A DNA stretch of 64,000 nucleotides from an uncultured Chloroflexia bacterium (GTDB lineage Bacteria; Chloroflexota; Dehalococcoidia; UBA2979), in contig CAVSIV010000006.1 of assembly GCA_963728205.1 (NCBI GenBank), positions 608,001 through 672,000 of the forward strand, written 5' to 3'. A program made the translations under genes and the position numbers. The notes under the pieces are model-generated. The model was not told where the DNA came from. It saw nothing but the letters and a program-made list of their open reading frames with translations, and searched no databases. Below, in pieces: positions 19,893-29,321 of this stretch. Every line of letters starts with the position of its first letter. The stretch's first letter is position 1.

Positions 19893-20969
19893 ATGCGGAA
19901 GCGGTCGATGCGAAGGCGCGCGGCGCCGGGCGTGCTGGCGGCGGCGCTGATCGTCGTCGCGCTCGCGCTCGCGCTCGCCCCCGCCGCCGGCCGCCCGTGG
20001 GGCGCCGCGCGCGCCCAGGAGCCGACCGTCACCGCCACGCCGGGCGTCGTCCACACCCCCGTCACCCCGACGCCGACGCCGACGCCCACGGCGTCGCCGA
20101 CCACGGCTGTGCCGACGGCCACGCCGACCGCCTCCCCCGTCGCCGCGCCCACGACGGCCGCGCCGACCGCGACGCCGGGCGTGGTCCACACCCCGGTCAT
20201 CCCGGCCGCGGCCGCCGCTGCGCCGGCGCCGGCCGCGGCCGCGCTCACCGCCGCCGGCGGCACGGTCGTGGCGCCCGGCGCCGGGATCGCCATCCTGCTG
20301 CCGCCCGGCGCGGTCGCGGCCCCGGTGATCGTCACGATCACCCCGGTGTCCGCGCCGTCCGCCGCGCCGCTCGAGGAGCAGCCGCGGCTGCAGGCGATCC
20401 TGCACGCGCTCGGCGTGCCGGTGCCGCCCTCGACCTCGGGCGCGGCCGCGCTGGTGCTGGGGCTCTTCCGGGTCGACGTCACCGACGCCGCGACGGGCGT
20501 GCCCGCCGGCCCGCTGGCGCAGCCCGCGACGCTCTCGGTCGACGTCGGCGCGCCGGCGCTGGCGGCCGCCGGCGGCGACCTCGCGGCGGTGTCGGTCCGC
20601 TCCTTCGACGCCGCGACGGGCACGTGGACGCCGGCGCCGTGCGCGGCGACGACGACGGGGCTGGACTGTCGCGTGACGCACTTCTCGCTGTGGGCGGTGG
20701 TGGCGCGCGGCGTGCTGGCCGCGGGCGTGCCGCCGGCGCCGGCGCCCGGCGGCGGCGTGCAGCCCGCGCCGGCGTCGGCGGGCGGGGGCGCGCTGGCGGC
20801 GGTGATCGGCGGGGCGCGCAGGGAGGGCCTGCGCGACCGCGCGGTGCCGTGGGCGCTCGCGCTGATGGTGATCGGCGTCGCGGGCTTGCTCGCGGTGGTC
20901 GAGCTGCCGCGGCTGCGTGCCCGGCGCACCGGCCCGCCGGACGAGCGGCGCATCTTCCCGGACAGCTGA
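19893..20969 (+). CDS. Secreted surface protein with an HFS motif, a long Pro/Thr linker and a C-terminal anchor
   Basis: Signal peptide ending ARA-Q, PT-rich linker, CAATTTGLDCRVTHFSLWAVV, PAPASAGGG, TM helix and basic tail. Close paralogue of the 17700 gene. Confidence 0.78.
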   Translation: MRKRSMRRRAAPGVLAAALIVVALALALAPAAGRPWGAARAQEPTVTATPGVVHTPVTPTPTPTPTASPTTAVPTATPTASPVAAPTTAAPTATPGVVHTPVIPAAAAAAPAPAAAALTAAGGTVVAPGAGIAILLPPGAVAAPVIVTITPVSAPSAAPLEEQPRLQAILHALGVPVPPSTSGAAALVLGLFRVDVTDAATGVPAGPLAQPATLSVDVGAPALAAAGGDLAAVSVRSFDAATGTWTPAPCAATTTGLDCRVTHFSLWAVVARGVLAAGVPPAPAPGGGVQPAPASAGGGALAAVIGGARREGLRDRAVPWALALMVIGVAGLLAVVELPRLRARRTGPPDERRIFPDS

Positions 20970-21234
20970 CCCGCGGTCCGGTGCGCGAGACGCAGCGACG
21001 CAGCGACGCAGCGACTGCGCCTCGGCCCGCGCCTCGCCTCGGCGTTCCCTCAACCCGCGCGCGCCATCTTCTCCTCGCCGCGTCCGTCGCCGGGGTCAAC
21101 GGGGGGCGCGGCAACCACGCTCGCACCGCGGGCTCCGTGCGCCGAACCGCTCGACGACGCACGTCCCCGCGGCGCGCCCGCCGCCGAATAGCCTCCTCGC
21201 TCATGCGCCGCACGCGATCGAACCGAGACGCGGG

Positions 21235-21771
21235 ATGCCGCCGCTGCTGTCGCTGCTCCTCGCGCTGTGGGCGATCGTGGGCTCGCACGTCGCGATCTCC
21301 GAGATGACGCACCCGGTCGAGTTCACGGACCTCTACGGCGTCCGGCGCGAAGGACCGGCCGCGACGGCGTGTCCGCACGGCGCGCCCGTGGTGTGGCTGT
21401 CGCCCTCCGCGACGCTCGCCGAGCTCGACCACGAGCTGGCGCACGCCGTCGACTGCCTCGACGACGGCACGATGAACGGCAGCCCGGGGCCGGCGCGCCC
21501 GGCGTCGCGGCCGGCGTGGGCGTCCGACTTCTGCTGGGACTCGCCGGTGGAGTGGTACGCGTGCCTGGTCGTGCACGACCTGCGCGTGCACCCGCAGGCG
21601 CCGGCCGCGTCCGCCGGCGGGAGCCGCGCGCCGGTCGCGCGGTTCGGCGGGTGGGTCGCGGCGCTGCGGTCGGTGCTGTCGCTCGTGTTCCCGCTCCCGC
21701 TGCCGCTCCTCTTGCCGCAGCGCACACAGCGGCGGCGTCCGCGACGTGACGGCACCGGCGGGCCGCGGTGA
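21235..21771 (+). CDS. Small exported HExxH protein (paralogue of 16929)
   Basis: MPPLLSLLLALWAIVG...FTDLYG...WLSP...HELAHAVDCLDDG...FCWDSPVEWYAC. Confidence 0.62.
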   Translation: MPPLLSLLLALWAIVGSHVAISEMTHPVEFTDLYGVRREGPAATACPHGAPVVWLSPSATLAELDHELAHAVDCLDDGTMNGSPGPARPASRPAWASDFCWDSPVEWYACLVVHDLRVHPQAPAASAGGSRAPVARFGGWVAALRSVLSLVFPLPLPLLLPQRTQRRRPRRDGTGGPR

Positions 21772-22112
21772 GCGGCGGCGCGTCGCATGCCGAGATCCAA
21801 AACGGCGGCAGACATGCCGCCGACAGGACGCGGACGCAGTTCGCCACCGGCGGGCCGCGGTGAGCGGCGGCGCGTCGCATGCCGCGATCCAAAACGGCGG
21901 CAGACATGCCGCCGACAGGACGCGGACGCAGTTCGCCACCGGCGGGCCGCGGTGAGCGGCGGCGCGTCGCATGCCGCGATCCAAAACGGCGGCAGACATG
22001 CCGCCGACAGGACGCGGACGCAGTCCGCCACCGGCGGGCCGCGGTGAGCGGCGGCGCGTCGCATGCCGCGATCCAAAGCGGCGGCAGACATGCCGCCGAC
22101 AGGACGCGGACG
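21753..22112. repeat. 92-bp tandem repeat, about 4 copies, each carrying the REP-like palindrome
   Basis: Units start at 21753, 21845, 21937 and 22029. Each contains CGGCGGCAGACATGCCGCCGAC. Confidence 0.93.
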
Positions 22113-22260
22113 GCAGTCCGCGCCCGGCCAGGCGCTTCTGTCGCCGGCCCTTCGCCCCGTTGAGGCGACCCATGTCTGTCGCCGCGTGGCGCCCGGGGTC
22201 CGCGCGGACTCGTAATCTCGCGGGACCCCCTTCTCAAAGCGACACATCGCGGCCCATCGT

Positions 22261-22461
22261 GTGAGCGAGCTCGTCATGGACGCAGCGTTGCTCCGGACGG
22301 CGGGCGACCTGGCGGAGCGCATGGAGCTCCGGGCAGACGACGCGGTGCACCTGGCGGCCCTCGTGCGGACCGGCGCGCCGGCGGACGTCACGTTCGCGTG
22401 CTGGGACGGCGCGCTGCGCCGCGCGGCGTCCGCGCTGGGGTACGACCTGCGGCCCGCGTAG
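22261..22461 (+). pseudogene. C-terminal half of a PIN/VapC toxin
   Basis: LRADDAVHLAA...FACWDGALRRAASALG. The N-terminal D-T/S-S motif and an antitoxin are absent. Confidence 0.65.
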
Positions 22462-22506
22462 CGCACGGCGTCGGGCAACCGATCCCGCGCGGTCGTGCCG
22501 ATCCGT

Positions 22507-23953
22507 TCAGCGCCCGCGAATCACCGGCGCCACGCCGCGCGTGTCGATCACCGTCACGTCCGGCCGCTCGTGCTTCACCACGCGCAGGTACCACAGCGGG
22601 AACGTCAGCCCGTCGTCGTCGGAGCGGATCGTGCCGCCGCGCGGCGCGTGCGCGAGCGCCGCGCGGGCGGCGTCGAGCGCCGACCGGTCGCCGTGCAGCG
22701 AGACCTGCCGCGCGTTGATGCCGCCCCACAGCGCGACGACCGCCACCACCGCCACGCCGAGCCCCGCCGCCAGCGCCGGCAGCTCGCGGGCGCGCGAGCG
22801 GTCGCGCAGCCGGCGCCACGCCTCGGCGGCCCCCCACGCCGAGGTGAGGGCGGCGGCCATCGCCACCGTCGCGAGGTAGTCCTCGCGGCCGGTCGCGCGG
22901 TAGACGGAGACGAAGGCGAGCATCGCGACGACGTCGACGGCCAGCGCGGCGGTGAGCGCGGGGCGGGCGCGCCACGCGGCGAGCGCGCCGGCGGGGATGG
23001 CGAACCACGCCGGCGGCGGCACCTGCCGCAGCGCGAGCCGGATCGTCGGCGGCAGCGCCCGGCGCGCGTAGGCGAGCGACACGTCGGGCAGGCCGCGGTA
23101 CTCGGAGCCGCTGAGGTGCGTCCACAGCCCGTGCAGCGTCGCGGTGTCCCCCCACGCGATCGGCGCGTGCGCGCGCGCCACCAGGTAGCCGACCGACCAC
23201 GCCGCCGGCAGGAGGAACCCGGCGGCCGCCCACGCCAGCGCGCGCGCGCCCGGCCGCGCCGTCACCCCGGCGCGCGACCGCGACGGGGATCGCGAGCGCG
23301 AGCCCGGTGGGGTGGTTCCAGCAGAGGAGCCCGGCGACAAGCCCCGCGGCGAATGCCCGCGTTGCTCCCGGCGAACGGCCTCGCGTGAGCGAGCTGAGTC
23401 GCCGCCCCGACCCCGTGTCCGCCCCCGCGGCTCCCCCCGGCTCCGCGCCGCCGCTCAGCCGGCTCACGCCGGGCCGTTCCGCGCGGAGCGCCCCGGCATT
23501 GCTCGCGACGGCGAGCACCGCCGCCGCGAGCAGCGCCTGCAGCGCCAGCACCTCGGTGATGAGCGCCTCGGACCACGGGATCGGCGCCGTCGCGAAGAGC
23601 GCGCCGGCGAGCGCCGCCGCCCACCACGGCGTGCCGGCAATCCAGCGCCGCGCCGCGACGACGACCAGCGCCGCGGCGCCGGCCATGCACGCCGCCGAGA
23701 GCACGTTCGTGCGCAGCGCCGGCTCCGGCAGGAACGCGAGCACGTGCAGCGCGAGCCACCCGAGCGGCGTCCAGATCGCCTCGCCGGGCGGATGCCCCAC
23801 GCCCAGCACCGAAGCCACCGACACGAGCTCGGCGCTGTCGGTGCTCCCGTGCACCGTTGCCACGGTCGGCGCAATCGTCGTGAGGGAGAGCGCGAACGCC
23901 GCCGCGCCCACCGCGACGGGCACGAGGAGATCCGGGCGCAGCCGCGTGCTCAC
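22507..23953 (-). CDS. DUF2723 / TMEM260-like membrane glycosyltransferase (frameshift near 23270)
   Basis: TIAPTV...DSAEL...LGVGHPPG...WSEALITEV...NHPT, continuing in another frame WGDTAT...HLSGSEY...FPLWYLRVVKHERPDV. Confidence 0.8.
23349..23502. repeat. Palindromic element of about 150 bp inside the DUF2723 gene
   Basis: Imperfect terminal inverted repeats (AATGCC..GCTCC..GAACGGCC..CGTGAGC..GCTGAG and its complement). It translates as a hydrophilic insert between TM helices. Confidence 0.55.
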
Positions 23954-24081
23954 GGCCGCGAGCGTACCCGCTGACCGCGACACGCGCGGAGCCCCCGCGC
24001 GCCGCGGCGAGCCGGTGCAGTCTCGCACAATCTCGTACAATGATGTACGAACTACGCCAGGTCGCCCACTCCGGAGCCAGC

Positions 24082-24417
24082 ATGTCAGACCCGACGCCGC
24101 CAACCACCCAGACCGTCGCCGCGTCGGCTGCCCGGCAGCGGTGGAGCCAGCTGCTCAACCAGGTCTTCCGCCACGAGATCCGTGTCATCGTGGAGAAGAG
24201 CGGCGTGCCCGTCGCGGCGCTCGTATCGGCCGATGACCTGGCGCGCCTGGAACTCCTCGATCACGAGCGGGCCGAACGCTTTCGTGCGCTCGACGCGAGC
24301 TGGAAGGCGTTCGAGGGCGTGCCGGCGGCGGAGATCGAGCAGGAGGTCGCGCGCGCGGTTGAAGAGGCGCGAGCGCGCCGGCGTCTCGAGCCGCCCACCA
24401 CCGGCCCGACGACGTGA
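24082..24417 (+). CDS. Phd/YefM-family antitoxin
   Basis: ASAARQRWSQLLNQV...VIVEKSGVPVAALVS. Overlaps the start of the PIN gene. Confidence 0.88.
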   Translation: MSDPTPPTTQTVAASAARQRWSQLLNQVFRHEIRVIVEKSGVPVAALVSADDLARLELLDHERAERFRALDASWKAFEGVPAAEIEQEVARAVEEARARRRLEPPTTGPTT

Positions 24418-24830
24418 CGACTGCGGTCCTGGACACGAACGTCCTGGCCTCCGGGTTCGTCCGCCCGGAACCGCCACCCGGCAGGCTGCTCGCGGCGTGG
24501 CGCGCCGCGCGCTTCACGCTCGTCGTCTCCGAGCACATCCTCGATGAGCTGGGCCGGACGTTCGATGAGCCGTACTTCCGCGACCACCTCACCCCGGAGG
24601 AGCGCGCGGACAACCTCGCGCTGCTGCGCGCCGAGGCAGTCGTCGTGCCCATGACCGTGACGATCCGCGGCGTCGCCGCACACTCGGAGGATGACCTCGT
24701 GCTCGCCACGGCCGTCTCCGCGAACGCCGACTACCTCGTCACCGGCGACCGCGCACTGCGCGAGGTCGGGACGTTTCGAGGGCTGGTCATCCTCATGCCA
24801 CGCGAGTTCCTCGACGGCGTGGTCGGCTGA
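24414..24830 (+). CDS. PIN-family toxin
   Basis: AVLDTNVLASG, ILDEL, DDLVLATAV and ADYLVTGD motifs. Confidence 0.9.
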   Translation: MTTAVLDTNVLASGFVRPEPPPGRLLAAWRAARFTLVVSEHILDELGRTFDEPYFRDHLTPEERADNLALLRAEAVVVPMTVTIRGVAAHSEDDLVLATAVSANADYLVTGDRALREVGTFRGLVILMPREFLDGVVG

Positions 24831-25063
24831 CCCCGGCTCGCGTTCGCGGCCGCCACCCGCCCGGGCGAGCAGCGCGGCATGAGCGCATCTGCTTTCGGCC
24901 CCGCACGCCACGCTGTACTGAACGGGCCGCCGAACAGCAGGGAGCTGACGCAGCAGCGCTCGCCGCAGCGGGGGCGCCCCGCCCGGCGCGCCACTTGACG
25001 TATTCCGCCCGGCGTCGCCACCATGACGCGCTCGGACGGCGGGGGGCGGAACGAGGACTCGTC

Positions 25064-25972
25064 ATGCTCCCAGCTCACTTCGCCACCCCACGCCTGCGCC
25101 GGGCGCTCCTGCCCGCGGCCGTGCTCGCCGCCGCCGCGGCGCTCGCCGTCGCGCTCGTCGCGGCGGCCCCGCGTCGCGCCGCCGGCGCGTCGACCACCTA
25201 CACGACCCTCGCCTCCCTCGAGCGCGACTTCGGCGACCCGCCCGGCACGACCTTCGCCCGGCTCCAGATCCCGTCGCTCGGCGTCAACGCGCCGGTCGGC
25301 CAGAGCGTCGCCGGCACCGACGGCAACATGTCGATGCCGCAGGGCCCGGCCGACGTCATGTGGTACGACCTCAGCCAGTGGTACGCGCTCGGCGGCGCGC
25401 CCGGCGCCGGCGGCAACGCCGTGTTCTCCGGCCACCTCGACTACGTCGCGAACGTCCCGTACGCGGGCGTGCGCTACGACGGCCCCGGCGTCTTCGCGCG
25501 CATCCACGAGTTGCGCATCGGCGACGAGATCGACGTCGCGTACCAGGGCCAGACCCTGCGCTACTTCGTGACGTGGAACCGCGACGTCCCGCCCGACTCG
25601 AACGAGTGGCCCTCGATCTTCAGCAACCAGGTCGGCATCGACAGCATCACGCTGTTCACGTGCGGCGGGACGTTCAACCTGTCGACGCGCGACTACTCGA
25701 CGCGCGTCGCGGTGCGCGCGGAGCGCATCGAGGGCACGCCGGCGATCCTGCCGAAGCCGGCGCCCGGCGGCTTCACGTACGGCCGCGCCGGGACGAACAA
25801 CCCCGTGGCGCTGGCGGCGGCGCAGAACTTCGCGGTGCAGAGCGTGTACGGCGAGGACGCGGCGACGCGGCAGTGGCTCGTCTACATCCCGGGCGCGCCG
25901 GCGTTCGTCGACACGCTCGTCGGGCACCTGGACCCGGCCGCGCTCGTGATCATCGTGCGGCAGGCGTCGTAG
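25064..25972 (+). CDS. Class F sortase with an extra C-terminal GAP-containing domain
   Basis: N-terminal TM, RLQIPSLGVNAPV, GNAVFSGHLDY (His), ITLFTCGG (Cys), RVAVRA (Arg). C-terminal QWLVYIPGAPAFVDTL. Confidence 0.88.
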   Translation: MLPAHFATPRLRRALLPAAVLAAAAALAVALVAAAPRRAAGASTTYTTLASLERDFGDPPGTTFARLQIPSLGVNAPVGQSVAGTDGNMSMPQGPADVMWYDLSQWYALGGAPGAGGNAVFSGHLDYVANVPYAGVRYDGPGVFARIHELRIGDEIDVAYQGQTLRYFVTWNRDVPPDSNEWPSIFSNQVGIDSITLFTCGGTFNLSTRDYSTRVAVRAERIEGTPAILPKPAPGGFTYGRAGTNNPVALAAAQNFAVQSVYGEDAATRQWLVYIPGAPAFVDTLVGHLDPAALVIIVRQAS

Positions 25973-26348
25973 CGAGCAGCCGACGTCCGCCCGCGCCGGC
26001 GCCGCGTACGCCAGCGCGCGGCATGGCGAAGGCTCGCCATGCCGCGCGCTGGCCGGTGCGACGCCCCGGTCATGCTCGGGCGGCGCGCGCCGACCATGTC
26101 GTCCAGGAACTGCCGGGTCATGGCGAGGGTGTCGTCGACCGCCTGCCCCGTATTTCAGATGGATCTTCTGCATCGCGTTAACTCGGAGAGAGTGGGGTGG
26201 CTCGTACACTCCGCCGGTCCGTGACGGGACCCGGCACTCCCCGGCCGGCCCAGCCCGGACTTAATGCGGTGATCCCGCCCGATCGGCGGGCTCATCGTTG
26301 GCGGATCAACGAAGGGCCGGACATGCCCGTACCCGAGAGGAACGCTGG

Positions 26349-27569
26349 GTGAAGAGCAAGATGGGGCTGAAGGTAGGGGTGGGAGCCACCGCGCTCGCGC
26401 TCGTGCTGGCGCTGGTGGTGCTGGGGTCGCCGCGATCGGCGTCGGCGACGACGGCGACGATCTCCGGCCGGCTCTGGCTGGTGAGTTCCACGGTCGCGGG
26501 GAACGCCGTTCCCGCGAACATTCCCGCCACGACGCCCGACGTGACGTTCGACGTCAACTCGCCGATCGATTTCGCCGAGTACTCGTCGTCGACGGTCGGG
26601 CAGTGGCTGAGCTCGGGCGGCGCCTTCAACGTCGTGGAGAACACGCCGGGGGCGCTCTCGTCTTCCGTCAACACCGGCACGCTCGTGGCCTTCGGCGGCG
26701 TCGTGAGCGTGACCAACGGTGAAACCTTCACGGTGACGCACGACGACGGCCTCACGCTGATCATCGGGAGCACGAACCTCGGCTTCAGTGCGGGTCCGAC
26801 TGCTCCGATCACGAGCACGGCCACCTACACGGGACCGACGGGGATCTTCGGCTTCCAGCTGGTCTACGGTGAGCTCTCCGGCGCACCGGCCGTGCTCCAG
26901 GTCGACCTGCCCCTGGCGACGCCGACGATCGCGCTGAATCCGCCGTCGGCCGTGAACCCGGTCGGCACGAACCACACGGTGACCGCGACCGTGGACGACA
27001 ACAACGGCAACCCGGCGCAGGGCGTGACAGTCGACTTCTCGGTGACGAGCGGGCCGAACACCGGTGCGACCGGCACCTGTGCGGTCAACGCCGACTGCAC
27101 GACCGACGCCAGTGGGAACGTCTCCTGGACGTACACCGGCGGGACGACCGCCGGGATCGACACGATCCAGGCGTGCGTCGAGCTGACGCAGACCTGCACC
27201 ACGGCGATGAAGACGTGGTACGACCCGAACGCCGGTTTCGTGACCGGCGGCGGGTGGGTCGGCGCTCACGCGAACTTCGGCTTCGTGGCCAAGTACCAGT
27301 CGGGTTCCACGACGCCCGTGGGGAGCGTCGAGTACCAGGACCGCGACGCGGGCATCAAGTTCCACTCGAACAGCTTCGATGCGAACGGACTGATCGTGCT
27401 GGGTGACACGGCGACGGTCACCGGCACGGGCACGCTCAACGGCGTATCCGTGACGTTCACACTCACGGTCACCGACAACAGTCCGGACACGTTCGAGATT
27501 GCGTTCAGCACCGGGTATGACTCCGGGCTGCAGTCGCTCACGGGCGGCAACGTCCAGATCCACAGCTAG
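26349..27569 (+). CDS. Secreted multidomain protein: PA14-like domain, Ig-like (Big_1) domain, post-COAP-1-like C-terminus
   Basis: Signal peptide, FTVTHDDGLTL, NPVGTNHTVTATV...V-x-FSVTSGPN...TDASG, GFVTGGGW...NFGF...GGNVQIH. GAGAGG RBS. Confidence 0.72.
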   Translation: MKSKMGLKVGVGATALALVLALVVLGSPRSASATTATISGRLWLVSSTVAGNAVPANIPATTPDVTFDVNSPIDFAEYSSSTVGQWLSSGGAFNVVENTPGALSSSVNTGTLVAFGGVVSVTNGETFTVTHDDGLTLIIGSTNLGFSAGPTAPITSTATYTGPTGIFGFQLVYGELSGAPAVLQVDLPLATPTIALNPPSAVNPVGTNHTVTATVDDNNGNPAQGVTVDFSVTSGPNTGATGTCAVNADCTTDASGNVSWTYTGGTTAGIDTIQACVELTQTCTTAMKTWYDPNAGFVTGGGWVGAHANFGFVAKYQSGSTTPVGSVEYQDRDAGIKFHSNSFDANGLIVLGDTATVTGTGTLNGVSVTFTLTVTDNSPDTFEIAFSTGYDSGLQSLTGGNVQIHS

Positions 27570-27733
27570 GCTGCACCGATCGGCGTGCCGAGAGGCAGAG
27601 GGGACATCCCCTCCGCCTCCCTCGACCCGTCGAGCCGATCGCTCGCCCGGGGGAGCGCCGTTCGTCCTCGCGCTCGGCCCCGCGCCCTGGTTCGCGGCCA
27701 GTCCCCGCGCGCCGCGCGGCAGCGGTGGCGCGG

Positions 27734-28510
27734 CTACGCGGTGCCGTCCCCGCTCGCGCGCACGAGCGCGGCGTCTGTGGCGCCCCCGCCGGAGCCGCCG
27801 GTGAGCATCGCGAAGCGGCGCCGCACCTGGGCGTAGCACTCGCAGGCCGCGGCTTCGAGCGCGGCGCGGTCGGCGATGGCGATCGCGCCGCGCGTGTAGG
27901 CGATGCAGCCGGCGTTGCGCAGGCCCTGGACGGCCTCGGTCACGCTCGGGCGTCGCGCGCCGAGCATCTCGCTCAGGAACTGCTGGGTCATCGGGAAGCT
28001 GTCGCCGTCGGAGCGGTCGTGCATCGCCAGCAGCCAGCGCGCGCTGCGCTGCGACACGCTGTGGAAGTGGTTGCACGCGCCGGACTGCACGAGCATCGCC
28101 ATCAGCAGCCCGGCGTAGTGCGTGAGCAGCGCGCCGAGCACGCCCGATCGCTGCAGCTGCAGCCGCAGGGCGTCGCGGTCGACGACGATCGCCTGTCCCG
28201 GCAGCTGGACGACGGAGCGCCACGGGGACGGCTCGGGGCCGAGGCCGAGCGGGAAGCCCAGCACGCCCTCGCGGCCGATCACGCCGGCCTCGAGCGTCTC
28301 GCCGCCCGCGAGCACGGCGAGGATCGAGAGCGCGCCCGAGAGCGGGAAGTAGACGTCCTCGAGCCGCTGCTCCTGCTCGTAGACCAGGGCGCCCGGGAGG
28401 AGGGTCGTGCGTCGGGCGCCGCGCAGGAGCGCATCCCGCTCGCGCGCCGGGAGCGCGGCCAACAGCACGTTCTGGGTCGCGGGCAGTTGCGAACGCGTGT
28501 CGCCGACCAT
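27734..28510 (-). CDS. Crp/Fnr-family transcriptional regulator
   Basis: NVLLAALP, VYFPLSG, IGREG, ACNHFHS...RSARWLL, TQQFLSEMLGARRPSVT and LEAAACECY motifs. Confidence 0.92.
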   Translation of the reverse strand: MVGDTRSQLPATQNVLLAALPARERDALLRGARRTTLLPGALVYEQEQRLEDVYFPLSGALSILAVLAGGETLEAGVIGREGVLGFPLGLGPEPSPWRSVVQLPGQAIVVDRDALRLQLQRSGVLGALLTHYAGLLMAMLVQSGACNHFHSVSQRSARWLLAMHDRSDGDSFPMTQQFLSEMLGARRPSVTEAVQGLRNAGCIAYTRGAIAIADRAALEAAACECYAQVRRRFAMLTGGSGGGATDAALVRASGDGTA

Positions 28511-28699
28511 GGGCCGGTCCCCACCTTCGTCCGCGAGCGTACGCAGGCGGCGGTTGAGCGGGCAGGGACTTTCGGCGGGTAGCGTGGGGGACCCGGCGGA
28601 GGGCAGGCTGCCGGCGGGCGGCTGCCGCCGCGGTGAGTGGGACGGGGGACCGGGCCCGCTGGCGCCGTCCCGCACGAGCTGCTCGTGATCCGCAGCGGC

Positions 28700-28840
28700 T
28701 GCCGCCGGCCGGCAGCCGGCGGACCTGTCGGCGGCATGTCTGCCGCCGCTTTGGGCGGCGGCGCCGCCCCGCCCGCCCGCCGGCCGCCAGCCGGCGGACC
28801 TATCGGCGGCACGTCTGCCGCCGCTGAGGGCGGCATGCGC
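28700..28840. repeat. REP-like cluster (two reverse-orientation copies)
   Basis: TCGGCGGCATGTCTGCCGCCGCT and TCGGCGGCACGTCTGCCGCCGCT, each preceded by CAGCCGGCGGACCT. Confidence 0.75.
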
Positions 28841-28925
28841 CGCCCGGCCCGCGAGCGCGAAACCCCCGGCGCGCTCGCTCCCCGCGCGCCTTGACCCGCG
28901 GGCCGCTCCGCCGATAATCGCGCCC

Positions 28926-29321
28926 ATGCGCCTCGCACCGCGACCGGGCCACCTCAACCGCTTCGACCGCGCCGTGCTCGACACGCTCCTGCCCGCCGGC
29001 GCGCACCCGGCGCTCCCGCGCGGCGTCCTCGAGACCGGCTTCGACGCCTTCCTCGCCGACCTCGAGCGCGACGCCCCCGCGCGGCTGCGCCGCGCCTTCC
29101 GCCTCGGCCTCTTCGCCGCCGGCTGGGTCGCGCCGCTGCTCGTCCGCCGCGCGCCGCCGCTGTCGCGTCTCGCGGCCGCCGACCGCGAGCGCGCGCTCGA
29201 GGCGATGGAGCGCTCGCGCTTCGCCATCCCGCGCCAGCTCCTGTCGGTGCTCAAGACCGTCGTCGCGCTGCACTACGGCGCGCTCGACGACGTCCGCCGC
29301 GCGATCGGCTACGGCGCATGA
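28926..29321 (+). CDS. Hypothetical protein, resembles the small partner subunit of GMC oxidoreductases
   Basis: LSRLAAADRERALEAM...LKTVVALHYG...VRRAIGY. Its stop overlaps the GMC start. Confidence 0.65.
   Translation: MRLAPRPGHLNRFDRAVLDTLLPAGAHPALPRGVLETGFDAFLADLERDAPARLRRAFRLGLFAAGWVAPLLVRRAPPLSRLAAADRERALEAMERSRFAIPRQLLSVLKTVVALHYGALDDVRRAIGYGA

Noticed and set aside
21753-22112. Possible CRISPR array
   Set aside because: The 92-bp units are nearly identical along their whole length, so there are no unique spacers, and no cas genes are present.
26160-26300. Possible riboswitch upstream of the secreted PA14/Ig protein
   Set aside because: GC-rich hairpins are present but I could not match any riboswitch consensus. 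A covariance-model search would be needed.
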